A DNA stretch of 41,944 bases from Patescibacteria group bacterium (lineage in GTDB: Bacteria; Patescibacteriota; Patescibacteriia; GCA-002772895), in contig JAHINX010000061.1 of the NCBI GenBank assembly GCA_018895765.1, positions 1 to 41,944 on the forward strand, written 5' to 3'. Positions 9,585 through 17,646 of this stretch are shown piece by piece. How positions within the stretch are numbered: position 1 is the first letter of the stretch; each line of letters starts with the position of its first letter. The position numbers and the translations under genes were made by a program. Below the pieces are notes generated by a model. The model was not told the DNA's origin. It saw nothing but the letters and a program-made list of their open reading frames with translations, and made no database searches.

Positions 9585-9622
9585 AATGACCAATTTCCCA
9601 AATCCCAATGACCAATGAAGAG
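9585..9622. repeat. heptamer repeat block (aatgacc/caaatcc/caatgac)
   Basis: cccaaatcccaatgaccaatgaag (9597-9620) is identical to 38189-38212. Both copies start at a stop codon. Confidence 0.85.
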
Positions 9623-9641
9623 GGAATGACTAATAAATTAT

Positions 9642-10556
9642 ATGATTTCTAACTTGCAAAAAATATTCAAATTCGGAGCGCAAAATTTTGCCCGTAATTT
9701 TTGGCTGAAAATTTTGACTATCGTAATTTTAACAGTTCTACTTTTGCTAATAAATGGACTTGTGATTATAAATTTTTTGACCAACGAAGCATCTCGTCAG
9801 GTTCAGTCAAAAGTTGATGTCAGTATTTATCTGAAAACAAGTGCGACAAATGAAGAGGCGCAGAGTCTGCGATCTTATCTTATGAGTCTGGCTAACGTAT
9901 CCAATGTAACCTATAAAAGTTCGGATGATGTTTTGAAAGAATTTAAAGAAACGCACAAAGACGACCAAGACATTCTTTCTTCCCTAACGTTTTTAGAGAC
10001 AAATCCTTTCGGCGGGGCTTTAGTCGTGCAAACAGTAAATGTTAATGACTATAATACTGTTTTAAAACAACTCGACACTCCTATTTATGATAAAATAATT
10101 GAGAATAAAGATTTTGGCGACAATGAAAAACTTATTGAAGTAATAAATAGGATGACTAGTTTTGTAAAGCAATTTATAGTTCTAATTAGCCTATTTTTTG
10201 CCCTTATTGCGGTTATTGTGATATTTAACACTATCCGCATGGGGATTGATGCCCATCGCCACGAGATAAGCATAATGCGCCTTGTCGGCGCGGCAAATTG
10301 GTTTGTTAAGGGGCAATTTGTTGTTGAGCTGCTTATCTATAGTACTATTGCTGCTATAGCTTCTCTTATATTAATTTTTCCGATAATATCCGTAATACAG
10401 CCAAATGTGTTGGCATTTTTTAATGGTCAGGCAGGTGATATTTTTGCTTATTACAGGGCAAATATATTCGGGCTGTTTGCTTTGCAATTTGTTGGTATTT
10501 TTGCCTTTTCTTTGCTTTCCGCATGGTTTGCGCTGGGAAGATATTTGAAGAAATAA
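9642..10556 (+). CDS. ftsX: cell division permease FtsX
   Basis: N-terminal TM helix, extracytoplasmic domain, then three C-terminal TM helices. Adjacent to ftsE. Confidence 0.8.
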   Translation: MISNLQKIFKFGAQNFARNFWLKILTIVILTVLLLLINGLVIINFLTNEASRQVQSKVDVSIYLKTSATNEEAQSLRSYLMSLANVSNVTYKSSDDVLKEFKETHKDDQDILSSLTFLETNPFGGALVVQTVNVNDYNTVLKQLDTPIYDKIIENKDFGDNEKLIEVINRMTSFVKQFIVLISLFFALIAVIVIFNTIRMGIDAHRHEISIMRLVGAANWFVKGQFVVELLIYSTIAAIASLILIFPIISVIQPNVLAFFNGQAGDIFAYYRANIFGLFALQFVGIFAFSLLSAWFALGRYLKK

Positions 10557-10621
10557 TCAATGATCAATTTTCAATTATCAACTATGGTGTTCCCGCTATC
10601 GCGGGAACATTATTTAAAACT

Positions 10622-11545
10622 ATGAAATTTAGTTGGAAAAAAATAAAAAAACCAATAGTGGGACTTTCTCCAATGGCGGATTATACTGATAGCGCCTTTT
10701 GTTTAATGTGCCGGAGTTTTGGCGCGGATATTGTTTACCGCGAAATGGTAAGCGCGGACGCAATAGTTTATGAGAATAAAAAAACTTTAGAAATGGCAAA
10801 GTTTGACGAAGAAGAGCGTCCGATAATTCTGCAAATTTTTGGAAAAGACCCGGAGATTATGGCTCGCGCCACGCGCATTCTGGAAAAAAAATATAAGCCC
10901 GACGGGATTGATATAAATATGGGTTGCCCGGCAAAAAAAATTGTTGGAAGCTTTAATGGAGCATCATTAATGAGAGACGCGAAGTTAGCAGGGGATATTG
11001 TCCGCGCCGTAAAAAGGGCAGTAAAAGTTCCGGTTTCGGTAAAAACCCGGCTTGGTTGGGAAAAGCCGAATGAGATTTTGCGTTTTGCGCCAGTTCTTGA
11101 GCGCGCTGGCGCGGATGCGATTGCAATTCATGGCAGAACAAAAGCTCAGGGCTATAGCGGAAAGGCAAATTGGGAGATGATTAGACGGGTTTCTAAAAAA
11201 CTAAAAATCCCGGTTTTAATAAACGGCGATATAGTTGACGCAGAAACTTTTCAAAAGGCGATTGAAGTTAGCGGGGCAGATGGCGCGCTAATTGGCCGAG
11301 GAGCGCTTGGTCATCCTTGGATTTTTCAAGAAATAAAAACTAGCGGGTTTCCAACCCCCGATAGTAAGGAATTGAGAAAAATAATTTTGGAACATGCCAA
11401 ACTTCATATAAAAGAACATCACGAGTTGATAACTTTCCGTAAGCATTTGGTTTATTATGTAAAAGGCTTTACTGGCGCCAAAAAGCTGAGAGGAATGCTT
11501 GTAAAGGTTAATGACCTGTCGGATCTTAAAAAAATATTTGAATAA
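10622..11545 (+). CDS. tRNA-dihydrouridine synthase
   Basis: LSPMADYTDSAFC..., IDINMGCPAKKIV, AIHGRT motifs. The start is moved to the ATG at 10622 because the track ORF's N-terminus reads through heptamer repeats and a hairpin. Confidence 0.85.
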   Translation: MKFSWKKIKKPIVGLSPMADYTDSAFCLMCRSFGADIVYREMVSADAIVYENKKTLEMAKFDEEERPIILQIFGKDPEIMARATRILEKKYKPDGIDINMGCPAKKIVGSFNGASLMRDAKLAGDIVRAVKRAVKVPVSVKTRLGWEKPNEILRFAPVLERAGADAIAIHGRTKAQGYSGKANWEMIRRVSKKLKIPVLINGDIVDAETFQKAIEVSGADGALIGRGALGHPWIFQEIKTSGFPTPDSKELRKIILEHAKLHIKEHHELITFRKHLVYYVKGFTGAKKLRGMLVKVNDLSDLKKIFE

Positions 11546-11619
11546 CAGGTGCGGTTGACGCCTGTTTCTATTTATGCAAAGATGGTAATAGGGTTCTTTT
11601 CATCGAAGGAGGAGTGAAA

Positions 11620-12975
11620 ATGTGTAAAATTGCAATACTTTTTGTTATTCTTTTTTCCGGATGCGGTATGTTCGGTCCGCCAAAAATTGGTAGTGGAAAG
11701 CCGATTAAAGAGGTTTTTGCGATTGAAGCAACTTTGAATCCGTCAAGTAAGTGTTCATTCCTGATGCTTTACAGGGCTTTTAGCGAGATTAATAAGTCTT
11801 ACTATAAGAAGGTAAGCAAGAAGGAAGTTTTTGAGGGCGGATTAAAAGGTCTTTCAAAAGAATTGGGAACCGAGCTTGTTCTCCCGGAGTTTGAAAAAGA
11901 TGATGAGTATACTAGTGATAAATTATGGCGGACAATAATCGACGCTCGCGATAAGAGTAAAAAGAGCTTAAGCCAGCTTTGCTATGCCACGGTACAAGGC
12001 GCGGTCAGCAATTTGGGTGACAGATTTAGTATTTTTATTCCCGCGAAAAACTCTAAAGATTTTGTCCGTGGAGTTCTTGGCGGAAGCTATTTTGGCATTG
12101 GAGCTGTCTTTCAGATTTTTGTAGAACCGGAACAAAGAGTTTTTATCCGCACAGTGCACCATTCGTCTCCCGCAGAGCGGGCTGGGCTGAAAGATTATGA
12201 TGAGCTAATCGCCGTAGAGGATGTTGTTATTAAAAAACTCAATATTAAAAGAGCTAATGAATATTCAAAGGTAGTGTCGCTCATTAAGGGAAAAAATGGA
12301 AAGCCTGTTTATCTTACTGTAAACAGAAAAGGATGGAAGCATCCCAGAAAGATAAAAGTTATTCGCGGAAAAGTGAAAAATAAAGAGGCGAATTGCAAGC
12401 TTTTGGGAAAAATTGTTTATTGTCGGGTTTTTAACTTCGGCGAGAGAATGATGAAGGATTTTAAGGAAAGCTTTGAAGCTTTGTCAAAAGAGCATGACAA
12501 TAAGGTTGTCATTGATTTGCGAAACAATCTTGGCGGTCTTTTGTATCAAGCTACGGGACTCTTGGCTTATGGGTGGTTTAATGCAAGATTTAGCGCGGCA
12601 GTAATAAAGTCCAGAGAGCAGTTTACTATGCTTATAAGCGAAGGCGGAGAGGCAAGGCTTCGTGGATATAAAACCGTTATTCTCGTAAACCATACCAGCG
12701 CCTCGGCTTCGGAGATTGTTGCCGGCGCTTTGCAAGACCACGGAAAAGCGGTTCTTATCGGCACTAAAACATTTGGCAAGGGAACGGTTCAGGCCTTGAT
12801 GCCGGTCTTGGGAGCGGCCCTAAATCTCACTGTTAGAGAATACTGGACGCCACTTGGTGACATCGTTAACAAAAAGGGTATTACTCCGGACATTGAAGTG
12901 CTAAAAGACATCGCAGATTTTATAAATGCGCGCGATCCTCAGCTTGGCACCGCAATAAAGTATCTTAACAAATAG
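11620..12975 (+). CDS. S41 C-terminal processing peptidase, lipoprotein, with PDZ domain
   Basis: Lipobox LFSGC, a PDZ-like GIGAVF...SPAERAGLKDYD segment, catalytic NHTSASASE and TFGKG. SD GAAGGAGG. Promoter TTGACG(11555)-17-AAAGAT. Confidence 0.8.
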   Translation: MCKIAILFVILFSGCGMFGPPKIGSGKPIKEVFAIEATLNPSSKCSFLMLYRAFSEINKSYYKKVSKKEVFEGGLKGLSKELGTELVLPEFEKDDEYTSDKLWRTIIDARDKSKKSLSQLCYATVQGAVSNLGDRFSIFIPAKNSKDFVRGVLGGSYFGIGAVFQIFVEPEQRVFIRTVHHSSPAERAGLKDYDELIAVEDVVIKKLNIKRANEYSKVVSLIKGKNGKPVYLTVNRKGWKHPRKIKVIRGKVKNKEANCKLLGKIVYCRVFNFGERMMKDFKESFEALSKEHDNKVVIDLRNNLGGLLYQATGLLAYGWFNARFSAAVIKSREQFTMLISEGGEARLRGYKTVILVNHTSASASEIVAGALQDHGKAVLIGTKTFGKGTVQALMPVLGAALNLTVREYWTPLGDIVNKKGITPDIEVLKDIADFINARDPQLGTAIKYLNK

Positions 12976-13059
12976 TATTATGCCGTTCTCCTAGAGAGCG
13001 GCTTTTTTATTGACAAAGTCGCTGATTTATGCAATGATTAAAAGAGGCAAGGAGAAGAA

Positions 13060-14112
13060 ATGCGAGTAAAATTCTTTTTTGTTCTTTTAATTTATTTTTG
13101 CGGTTGTGGACATACAGAACGCAGGGATATGGCTGGAAAATTAAACAGGGGATATAATCTTGCTATTAATTCAAATCCTTCCGGCGAATGCGATTATTTA
13201 GTTTTGGGCGAAACGTGGTTTGCTGTGTCTCATCAATTCTATAAGGAAGTCACAAAGAAGCAGATTTATAACTACGCGCTTGAAGGAATTAAAAAAGCAT
13301 TGGGCAAACATACTTTGGATTTTTACAGCAACAAGTCTAAAAAATATAGCGCTTGGTATTTTTGGCCACTTGTAGTTCGCGCTTCGCGTATTTCCGGAAA
13401 AAGCAAAAGCGAATTATGCTATGCCACTATCGAAGCCATTGTAAAAAAATTGGACGATCCCTACAAAGGATTCTATGTTCCAAAAAAAGCAAAAAAGGCG
13501 ATTAAATGGATGATTGCGCCAAAGGAATATCGTCCCGAGCCAGTTGCTACTTGTAAGAAATATGAGGACGTAATTTATTGTAAGATTTTGGTGTTTGACT
13601 CCAGGACGACGGCAGAGTTTTTGTCCGTTTTTAGTCCTTTGAAAAATGGAAGCAAAAAGTTTATTCTTGATCTGCGGGACAGTAAAGGCGGACTAACAGA
13701 AGTTTGTCGCGAAATGCTTGGGCTTCTCTGGCTTGGCAGAAAAACAGCGTACATGGTAATTGATAGCAATGGCAAAAAAAGCCCGGTGTATGCCACGTTT
13801 GATGGCACGCCTCTTTTGAAAGGGTTTCGCTCGGTAGTCCTCATCAACAGGAATACTTATTCCTCCTCAGAGTTTTTTAGCTCGGCAGTCAAGGATTATA
13901 AAAGCGCGGTTTTGATTGGTGAAAAGACATATGGGAAAGGCATGCTCCAGTATAGTCATTTTTTGCGCGGAGGAGGCGTACTAAGGATTAGTATGTATCA
14001 CGTTCTAAGTCCAAGGGGGAAAAAATTGAACGGATTTGGAGTAGTCCCCGATATTTACATAAAAGATAAAAACGATGCTCCACTAAAAAAAGCATTAGAG
14101 GTTTTAAAGTAA
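13060..14112 (+). CDS. S41 peptidase paralog lacking the PDZ segment, lipoprotein
   Basis: Lipobox YFCGC. N-terminal region homologous to the upstream paralog. NRNTYSSSEF and TYGKG are retained. Promoter TTGACA(13010-13015)-17-AATGAT shares atttatgcaa with the paralog's promoter. Confidence 0.7.
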   Translation: MRVKFFFVLLIYFCGCGHTERRDMAGKLNRGYNLAINSNPSGECDYLVLGETWFAVSHQFYKEVTKKQIYNYALEGIKKALGKHTLDFYSNKSKKYSAWYFWPLVVRASRISGKSKSELCYATIEAIVKKLDDPYKGFYVPKKAKKAIKWMIAPKEYRPEPVATCKKYEDVIYCKILVFDSRTTAEFLSVFSPLKNGSKKFILDLRDSKGGLTEVCREMLGLLWLGRKTAYMVIDSNGKKSPVYATFDGTPLLKGFRSVVLINRNTYSSSEFFSSAVKDYKSAVLIGEKTYGKGMLQYSHFLRGGGVLRISMYHVLSPRGKKLNGFGVVPDIYIKDKNDAPLKKALEVLK

Positions 14113-14247
14113 AGAGTACTATATTGGCTTCCTCGGCTCGGAAATAAAAAAATTACTTTTTCATTTCGCTCGCTCTACGTCGCCAATAAAAAAATTCACC
14201 CGTTATTTTTCGGGTGATTTTTAATTTAAAAAATTATCAGAGGTTCC

Positions 14248-14730
14248 TTAAACCAGTTCTCCGACCCATCTGCCGATAAAATAAGTTGCAATAATAACTA
14301 GAACAGCGATGAAGATATGCTCCAGGATCGCTCGGAAAGGGGATTTTTTTTGCTGTCTTGCGAGATAAAAACTAAAAATTCCAATTAAAAACAACCCCCA
14401 AGCCGCCCCTGCGATTACAGCTGTGCTTAATGCCAAGAGTAGAACCGGAACAACAAAAGTGAGCGCTGTGACAAATTTGAAAACAAAAGTGGATCCGGTT
14501 GCTTCCCAAATTTCTTTTTTGGAGCGGTTTTTATTTGTTTCTTCCGCTATATGGATCCCTAAAGCATCGGAAAGCGCGTCCGCAATGGCGATAACTAGAA
14601 TGCCCGCCACTACCGCTGTTTTGGAGTGCGTGCCGGCATTGAGCCCGACTATCAAGCCAAGCGTTGTAATAACCCCGGAAGTAAGGCCAAACCCCAATCC
14701 GGTTTTGAATGACTGTTTGATGTTTAACAT
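14248..14730 (-). CDS. VIT1/CCC1-family membrane protein (putative Fe/Mn transporter)
   Basis: 160 aa. GLGFGLTSGVITTLGLIVGL...AIADALSDALGIHIAEE resembles the membrane domain of the VIT family. Confidence 0.5.
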   Translation of the reverse strand: MLNIKQSFKTGLGFGLTSGVITTLGLIVGLNAGTHSKTAVVAGILVIAIADALSDALGIHIAEETNKNRSKKEIWEATGSTFVFKFVTALTFVVPVLLLALSTAVIAGAAWGLFLIGIFSFYLARQQKKSPFRAILEHIFIAVLVIIATYFIGRWVGELV

Positions 14731-14786
14731 ATTATTTAATTATATCACAAGATAAAAAAATCCGAGATTTTCTCGGGTTTTTTTAT

Positions 14787-14814
14787 CTTCGGGGCTTGGA
14801 TTCGAACCAAGATA
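14787..14814 (-). pseudogene. tRNA 3' remnant (T arm plus degenerate acceptor strand)
   Basis: The minus strand reads TATCTTGGTTCGAATCCAAG-CCCCGAAG. The 20-mer at 14795-14814 is identical to 15875-15894 in the intact tRNA-Gln. No 5' half is present. Confidence 0.7.
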
Positions 14815-14857
14815 TTGTATTTATCTAAAACGATATACAATAAATATTTTTCTATTC

Positions 14858-14886
14858 TTGACAAAATGTTTAAAATGCGCTACTAT
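14858..14886 (+). promoter_or_regulatory. sigma70-type promoter TTGACA-17-TACTAT
   Basis: TTGACA at 14858-14863, an exact 17-nt spacer, TACTAT at 14881-14886. About 50 nt upstream of the GC-rich ORF. Confidence 0.6.
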
Positions 14887-14933
14887 ATTTCCAAGTTAAG
14901 TCGTACATTCCCAAAACCCCGCTGTGGTAAAAC

Positions 14934-15590
14934 ATGGCAAAAACAGGAGAAAAACAGATGAAAACAACGGATATGAAGAGTTTTTCTGTGAAAGAGTTGG
15001 TTGCATTGGGCAAGGCGAAGAGCGTTGGCAGGGAGGATTGGCTTAACGCTGTCGCCGAGGTCTATGGCGAGCTGACGGTTTCTGAACCGGCCCGCTCATG
15101 GAGGGAAGAGGACGGCGTCATCTACTTCTCGGTTACCTCTGACGGTACGACTGGCGAGGAGTGGATCAAGCGTCTAGGGGATAGGGACTTCTGTGTGAGC
15201 GACTATGCCAAGCAAATGCTTCGTTCCCCGGACTTCAAGCCGACCAATGGTGTGACGACCGAAGTCGCTGTTTTGAAGGGCATGCTCTTCGCGGACGACG
15301 ACCGGGTCACGAAGAAGATTCGTGCCAAAGCCAACAAGAGGAAGCTTGCGAAGCCGAATGCCGAGGTCGCCTGCCTCATTCGCGAGAAGTTCACGGATGG
15401 GGAGATCAAAGCCATAGGGCTCTACTGGATTCTCGTGATGCACGAGCCTATCGATAATTTTGGTGGTCGTCCGCGCCTCCTTTATGTTTGCCGCAGCGGC
15501 AGCGGTCGCTGGTTGTACGCGTGCTACGGCAGGCCTGACGGTAGGTGGGATCGTGAGTACGGGTTCGCGTTTGCCGTTCCGCAAGTGTAG
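14934..15590 (+). CDS. hypothetical protein, GC-rich (foreign composition)
   Basis: 218-aa ORF that is visibly much more GC-rich than its flanks. Alternative start ATG at 14958 follows AGGAG. Followed by terminator 15689-15716. Confidence 0.65.
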   Translation: MAKTGEKQMKTTDMKSFSVKELVALGKAKSVGREDWLNAVAEVYGELTVSEPARSWREEDGVIYFSVTSDGTTGEEWIKRLGDRDFCVSDYAKQMLRSPDFKPTNGVTTEVAVLKGMLFADDDRVTKKIRAKANKRKLAKPNAEVACLIREKFTDGEIKAIGLYWILVMHEPIDNFGGRPRLLYVCRSGSGRWLYACYGRPDGRWDREYGFAFAVPQV

Positions 15591-15688
15591 CACTTTGAAC
15601 TCTGATTTTTAGAACTTAGCCCTTTTGATACTTTGTCCTTTGCCCTTCCCGCCGGGTTTTTTAGACGGGATTCTCAATAACGCATCTT

Positions 15689-15716
15689 GCCGCATGGTTC
15701 GCCCTGCGGCTTTTTT
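15689..15716 (+). terminator. rho-independent terminator
   Basis: gccgca-tggttcgccc-tgcggc followed by T6. Confidence 0.7.
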
Positions 15717-15731
15717 ATTTTTCAAAATATC

Positions 15732-15756
15732 AAAAAATCCCAAGATGAACTTGAGA
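15732..15756 (-). terminator. rho-independent terminator of the tRNA-Gln transcription unit
   Basis: The minus strand reads TCTCAAG-TTCAT-CTTGGGA followed by T6, starting 10 nt after the outer tRNA 3' end. Confidence 0.7.
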
Positions 15757-15765
15757 CTTTTTTAT

Positions 15766-15982
15766 TTCCGGAGTAGGGATTCGAACCCCAATAGTCAGGA
15801 TCAAAACCTGAAGTCCTGGTTCACCCCGCCAGAGGCGTGGGTTGACCCAATCTATTTTTTACAAATTTCCGAGACTTGGATTCGAACCAAGATAGCGGGC
15901 TTCAAAGGCCCGAGTCCTACCATTAGACGATCTCGGAAAATTGTAAAAAAATGTACGGCGGGGCAAGTTAGACGACTCCGGA
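15766..15982 (-). pseudogene. split (outer) tRNA-Gln(UUG)-like gene interrupted in the D-loop by a 147-nt block
   Basis: 5' piece TCCGGAGTCGTCTAAC (15982-15967). 3' piece GGAC-T-TCAGG-TTTTGAT-CCTGA-CTAT-TGGGG-TTCGAAT-CCCTA-CTCCGGA-A (15816-15766). The acceptor strands are perfectly complementary. Confidence 0.65.
15867..15937 (-). tRNA. tRNA-Gln (anticodon TTG), intact, nested in the split gene
   Basis: TCCGAGA-TC-GTCT-AATGGTA-GGAC-T-CGGGC-CTTTGAA-GCCCG-CTAT-CTTGG-TTCGAAT-CCAAG-TCTCGGA-A. 71 nt, and all stems pair. Confidence 0.9.
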
Positions 15983-15992
15983 GTATGGAGTT

Positions 15993-16021
15993 ATAATAGC
16001 ATAATTTCAGAAAAATTGCAA
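15993..16021 (-). promoter_or_regulatory. promoter TTGCAA-17-TATTAT of the tRNA-Gln unit
   Basis: -35 at 16021-16016, -10 at 15998-15993. The outer tRNA 5' end begins 10 nt after the -10. Confidence 0.6.
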
Positions 16022-16307
16022 GTGTCCGGTATTCGGCCAAAGTAGGTGTTTGCGTATTTTATTTATATCATATAAAATTGTAATGGAACCTCTGATAAAT
16101 ATAGTGCCGTAGCGAAATCTTCAAATTTTGAGCGAAAATTTTGAACAAGCAACGATGTTTAATGGCTATTAAGCGGAGGAGCTTTTCAAAATTTGCAGCC
16201 AAAATTTGGAAATTGCAGTAGGTAATATGTTTTTCAGAGGTTCTAAAGGTGAGATAATTAAAGATTTTAAAATGTTTGGTCCAAGAGTTTACAAAAGTAG
16301 TCCCTTT

Positions 16308-16874
16308 ATGGAGCAGAAGGGTTTTTCCCTGGTCATAACGGGACCCATGGGTTCTGGAAAGACGACAGAGCTTTTTCGTCAACTGGAGAGAATTGAGATA
16401 GCTGGCGGAACAGTAATGTTGATAAAGCCGGTTCGCGACGATCGCGACACAGGCGTCCGCACTCATGGGGGATTTGAAAGAGAAGCGATAGCGCTAAATT
16501 CTCCGGAAGAAATTTTTGATTATTTGGAGCCGGAGATAACGACAATCGGCATAGAAGAGGCGCAATTTTTTGATGACTCAATTTGCGGAGTAGTGCGTGT
16601 TTTGGTGGCACATGGAAAAAGAGTCATATTAAGCGGTTTGGATTTGGATGCAATGGGCAGGCCGTTTGGGCCAATGCCTTTTCTTTTAACACAGGCGGAA
16701 TATGTAATGAAGCTCCAGGCAGTATGTATGTCCTGCGGAGCCGACGCCTCCAGAACCAAGAGAAAAGTTGAGTCCAAAGAACAGGTAATGGTTGGCGGTA
16801 TGGAAATTTATGAACCTGTTTGCACCGCTTGCCATGAAAGCTGGCTTCGGGGTGAAAGAGAGGGGGAGTTGTAG
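16308..16874 (+). CDS. tdk: thymidine kinase
   Basis: ITGPMGSGKTTEL P-loop, IEEAQFFD, C-terminal Cys pairs (CMSCG...CTAC). The start is set at MEQKGFSLV (ATG 16308), with 16272 as an alternative. Confidence 0.85.
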   Translation: MEQKGFSLVITGPMGSGKTTELFRQLERIEIAGGTVMLIKPVRDDRDTGVRTHGGFEREAIALNSPEEIFDYLEPEITTIGIEEAQFFDDSICGVVRVLVAHGKRVILSGLDLDAMGRPFGPMPFLLTQAEYVMKLQAVCMSCGADASRTKRKVESKEQVMVGGMEIYEPVCTACHESWLRGEREGEL

Positions 16875-16940
16875 CTTACTTGCTTTTATTATCATTTTAA
16901 GGTAGAATGTATATATAGTTTAAAAATTAACCTCATATCT

Positions 16941-17099
16941 ATGGAAGCATATTGCGTAAAATGCAAAGCCAAAAGAGAGATGAAAGATGCAAAGGATACC
17001 ACCTTTAAAGCAAAGGGTGGCAAGACCAGAAATGCAATGAAAGGCGTATGTCCAGAGTGCGGTACTACTATGTTCCGCATCATGCCTAACAAAAAATAA
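16941..17099 (+). CDS. small zinc-ribbon protein (DUF5679-like)
   Basis: 52-aa ORF absent from the track: MEAYCVKCKAKREMKDAKDTTFKAKGGKTRNAMKGVCPECGTTMFRIMPNKK. CxxC...CxxC pattern. Followed by terminator 17148-17168. Confidence 0.65.
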   Translation: MEAYCVKCKAKREMKDAKDTTFKAKGGKTRNAMKGVCPECGTTMFRIMPNKK

Positions 17100-17147
17100 G
17101 GCATTTTCTCAAAATTTTCGCTAAAATAGCGGAAATAAAACAAAATT

Positions 17148-17168
17148 CTCCCTTATGGGGAGTTTTTT
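17148..17168 (+). terminator. rho-independent terminator
   Basis: ctccc-ttatg-gggag followed by T6. Confidence 0.65.
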
Positions 17169-17212
17169 GTTATTTCTGCTGGAGTGTGTCGTATAAAAAG
17201 CGTATCTATGAA

Positions 17213-17310
17213 TTCCTCCCCGTCTTCTCCCCCTTAGGAGAAGGGGGACCCGGGGGGATTTAATAATTTTTAAGTCCCCCCTGCCCTTCTTTTTCAAAGG
17301 AGGGGACTTG
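17213..17310. repeat. family A G-rich hairpin elements, two copies arranged tail to tail
   Basis: tcttctcccccttaggagaagggggacccggggggatttaataat, followed by the inverted copy ttaagtcccccctgcccttctttttcaaaggaggggacttg. Confidence 0.7.
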
Positions 17311-17385
17311 CTGAAACAGCCTCATTTTCCTTAAAAATTATCCACACCTTGCAATTTTTGGCGTATCTGTTTATTATAAATATAT

Positions 17386-17583
17386 ATGGCAGAAAAATTG
17401 CGTATCCCGGACCCGATTTTGGCACAGCCAAAACATAAAAAAATGACATTCAAGCGCGAGGCGCTTATTGTTTTGTTTATCGGATTTTTGGCGGGCTGGG
17501 TATGGATGACCTGGGCGATGGTTATTGAAAAGCCACTTGGCCTGGGAGACGTCAGCTTTTTCCGATTACTACTTCCGTTTTAG
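17386..17583 (+). CDS. small membrane protein, hypothetical
   Basis: 65-aa ORF with one hydrophobic helix. Upstream TTGCAA-17-TATTAT. A perfect TTATCCACA box lies at 17338-17346. Confidence 0.4.
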   Translation: MAEKLRIPDPILAQPKHKKMTFKREALIVLFIGFLAGWVWMTWAMVIEKPLGLGDVSFFRLLLPF

Positions 17584-17622
17584 TAATTGTAATCCGTAAC
17601 TCGTAATCCGTAACTCGTAAAA
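17584..17622. repeat. heptamer tandem repeat (gtaatcc/gtaactc)
   Basis: tagtaat tgtaatc cgtaact cgtaatc cgtaact cgtaaaa. A TAA recurs every 7 nt. Confidence 0.85.
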
Positions 17623-17646
17623 TGTGTCGCTTTGCGACAAATTATT

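Noticed and set aside
15625-15996. 123-aa + strand track ORF
   Set aside because: It runs antisense across the intact tRNA-Gln, the split tRNA pieces and their terminator. There are no start signals, so it is an artefact of the structured RNA locus.
16068-16466. 132-aa minus-strand ORF upstream of and overlapping tdk
   Set aside because: It overlaps the tdk P-loop region in antisense. It has no promoter or SD and a low-complexity composition, whereas tdk is the recognisable gene here.
16112-17140. 13-nt inverted repeat gcgaaaattttga flanking the tdk plus DUF5679 pair, considered as possible transposon ends
   Set aside because: A 13-mer of low-complexity AT-rich sequence is expected by chance many times among all word pairs in 42 kb. 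No target-site duplication or transposase is present. The somewhat elevated GC of tdk is noted, but it is not enough to support the idea.
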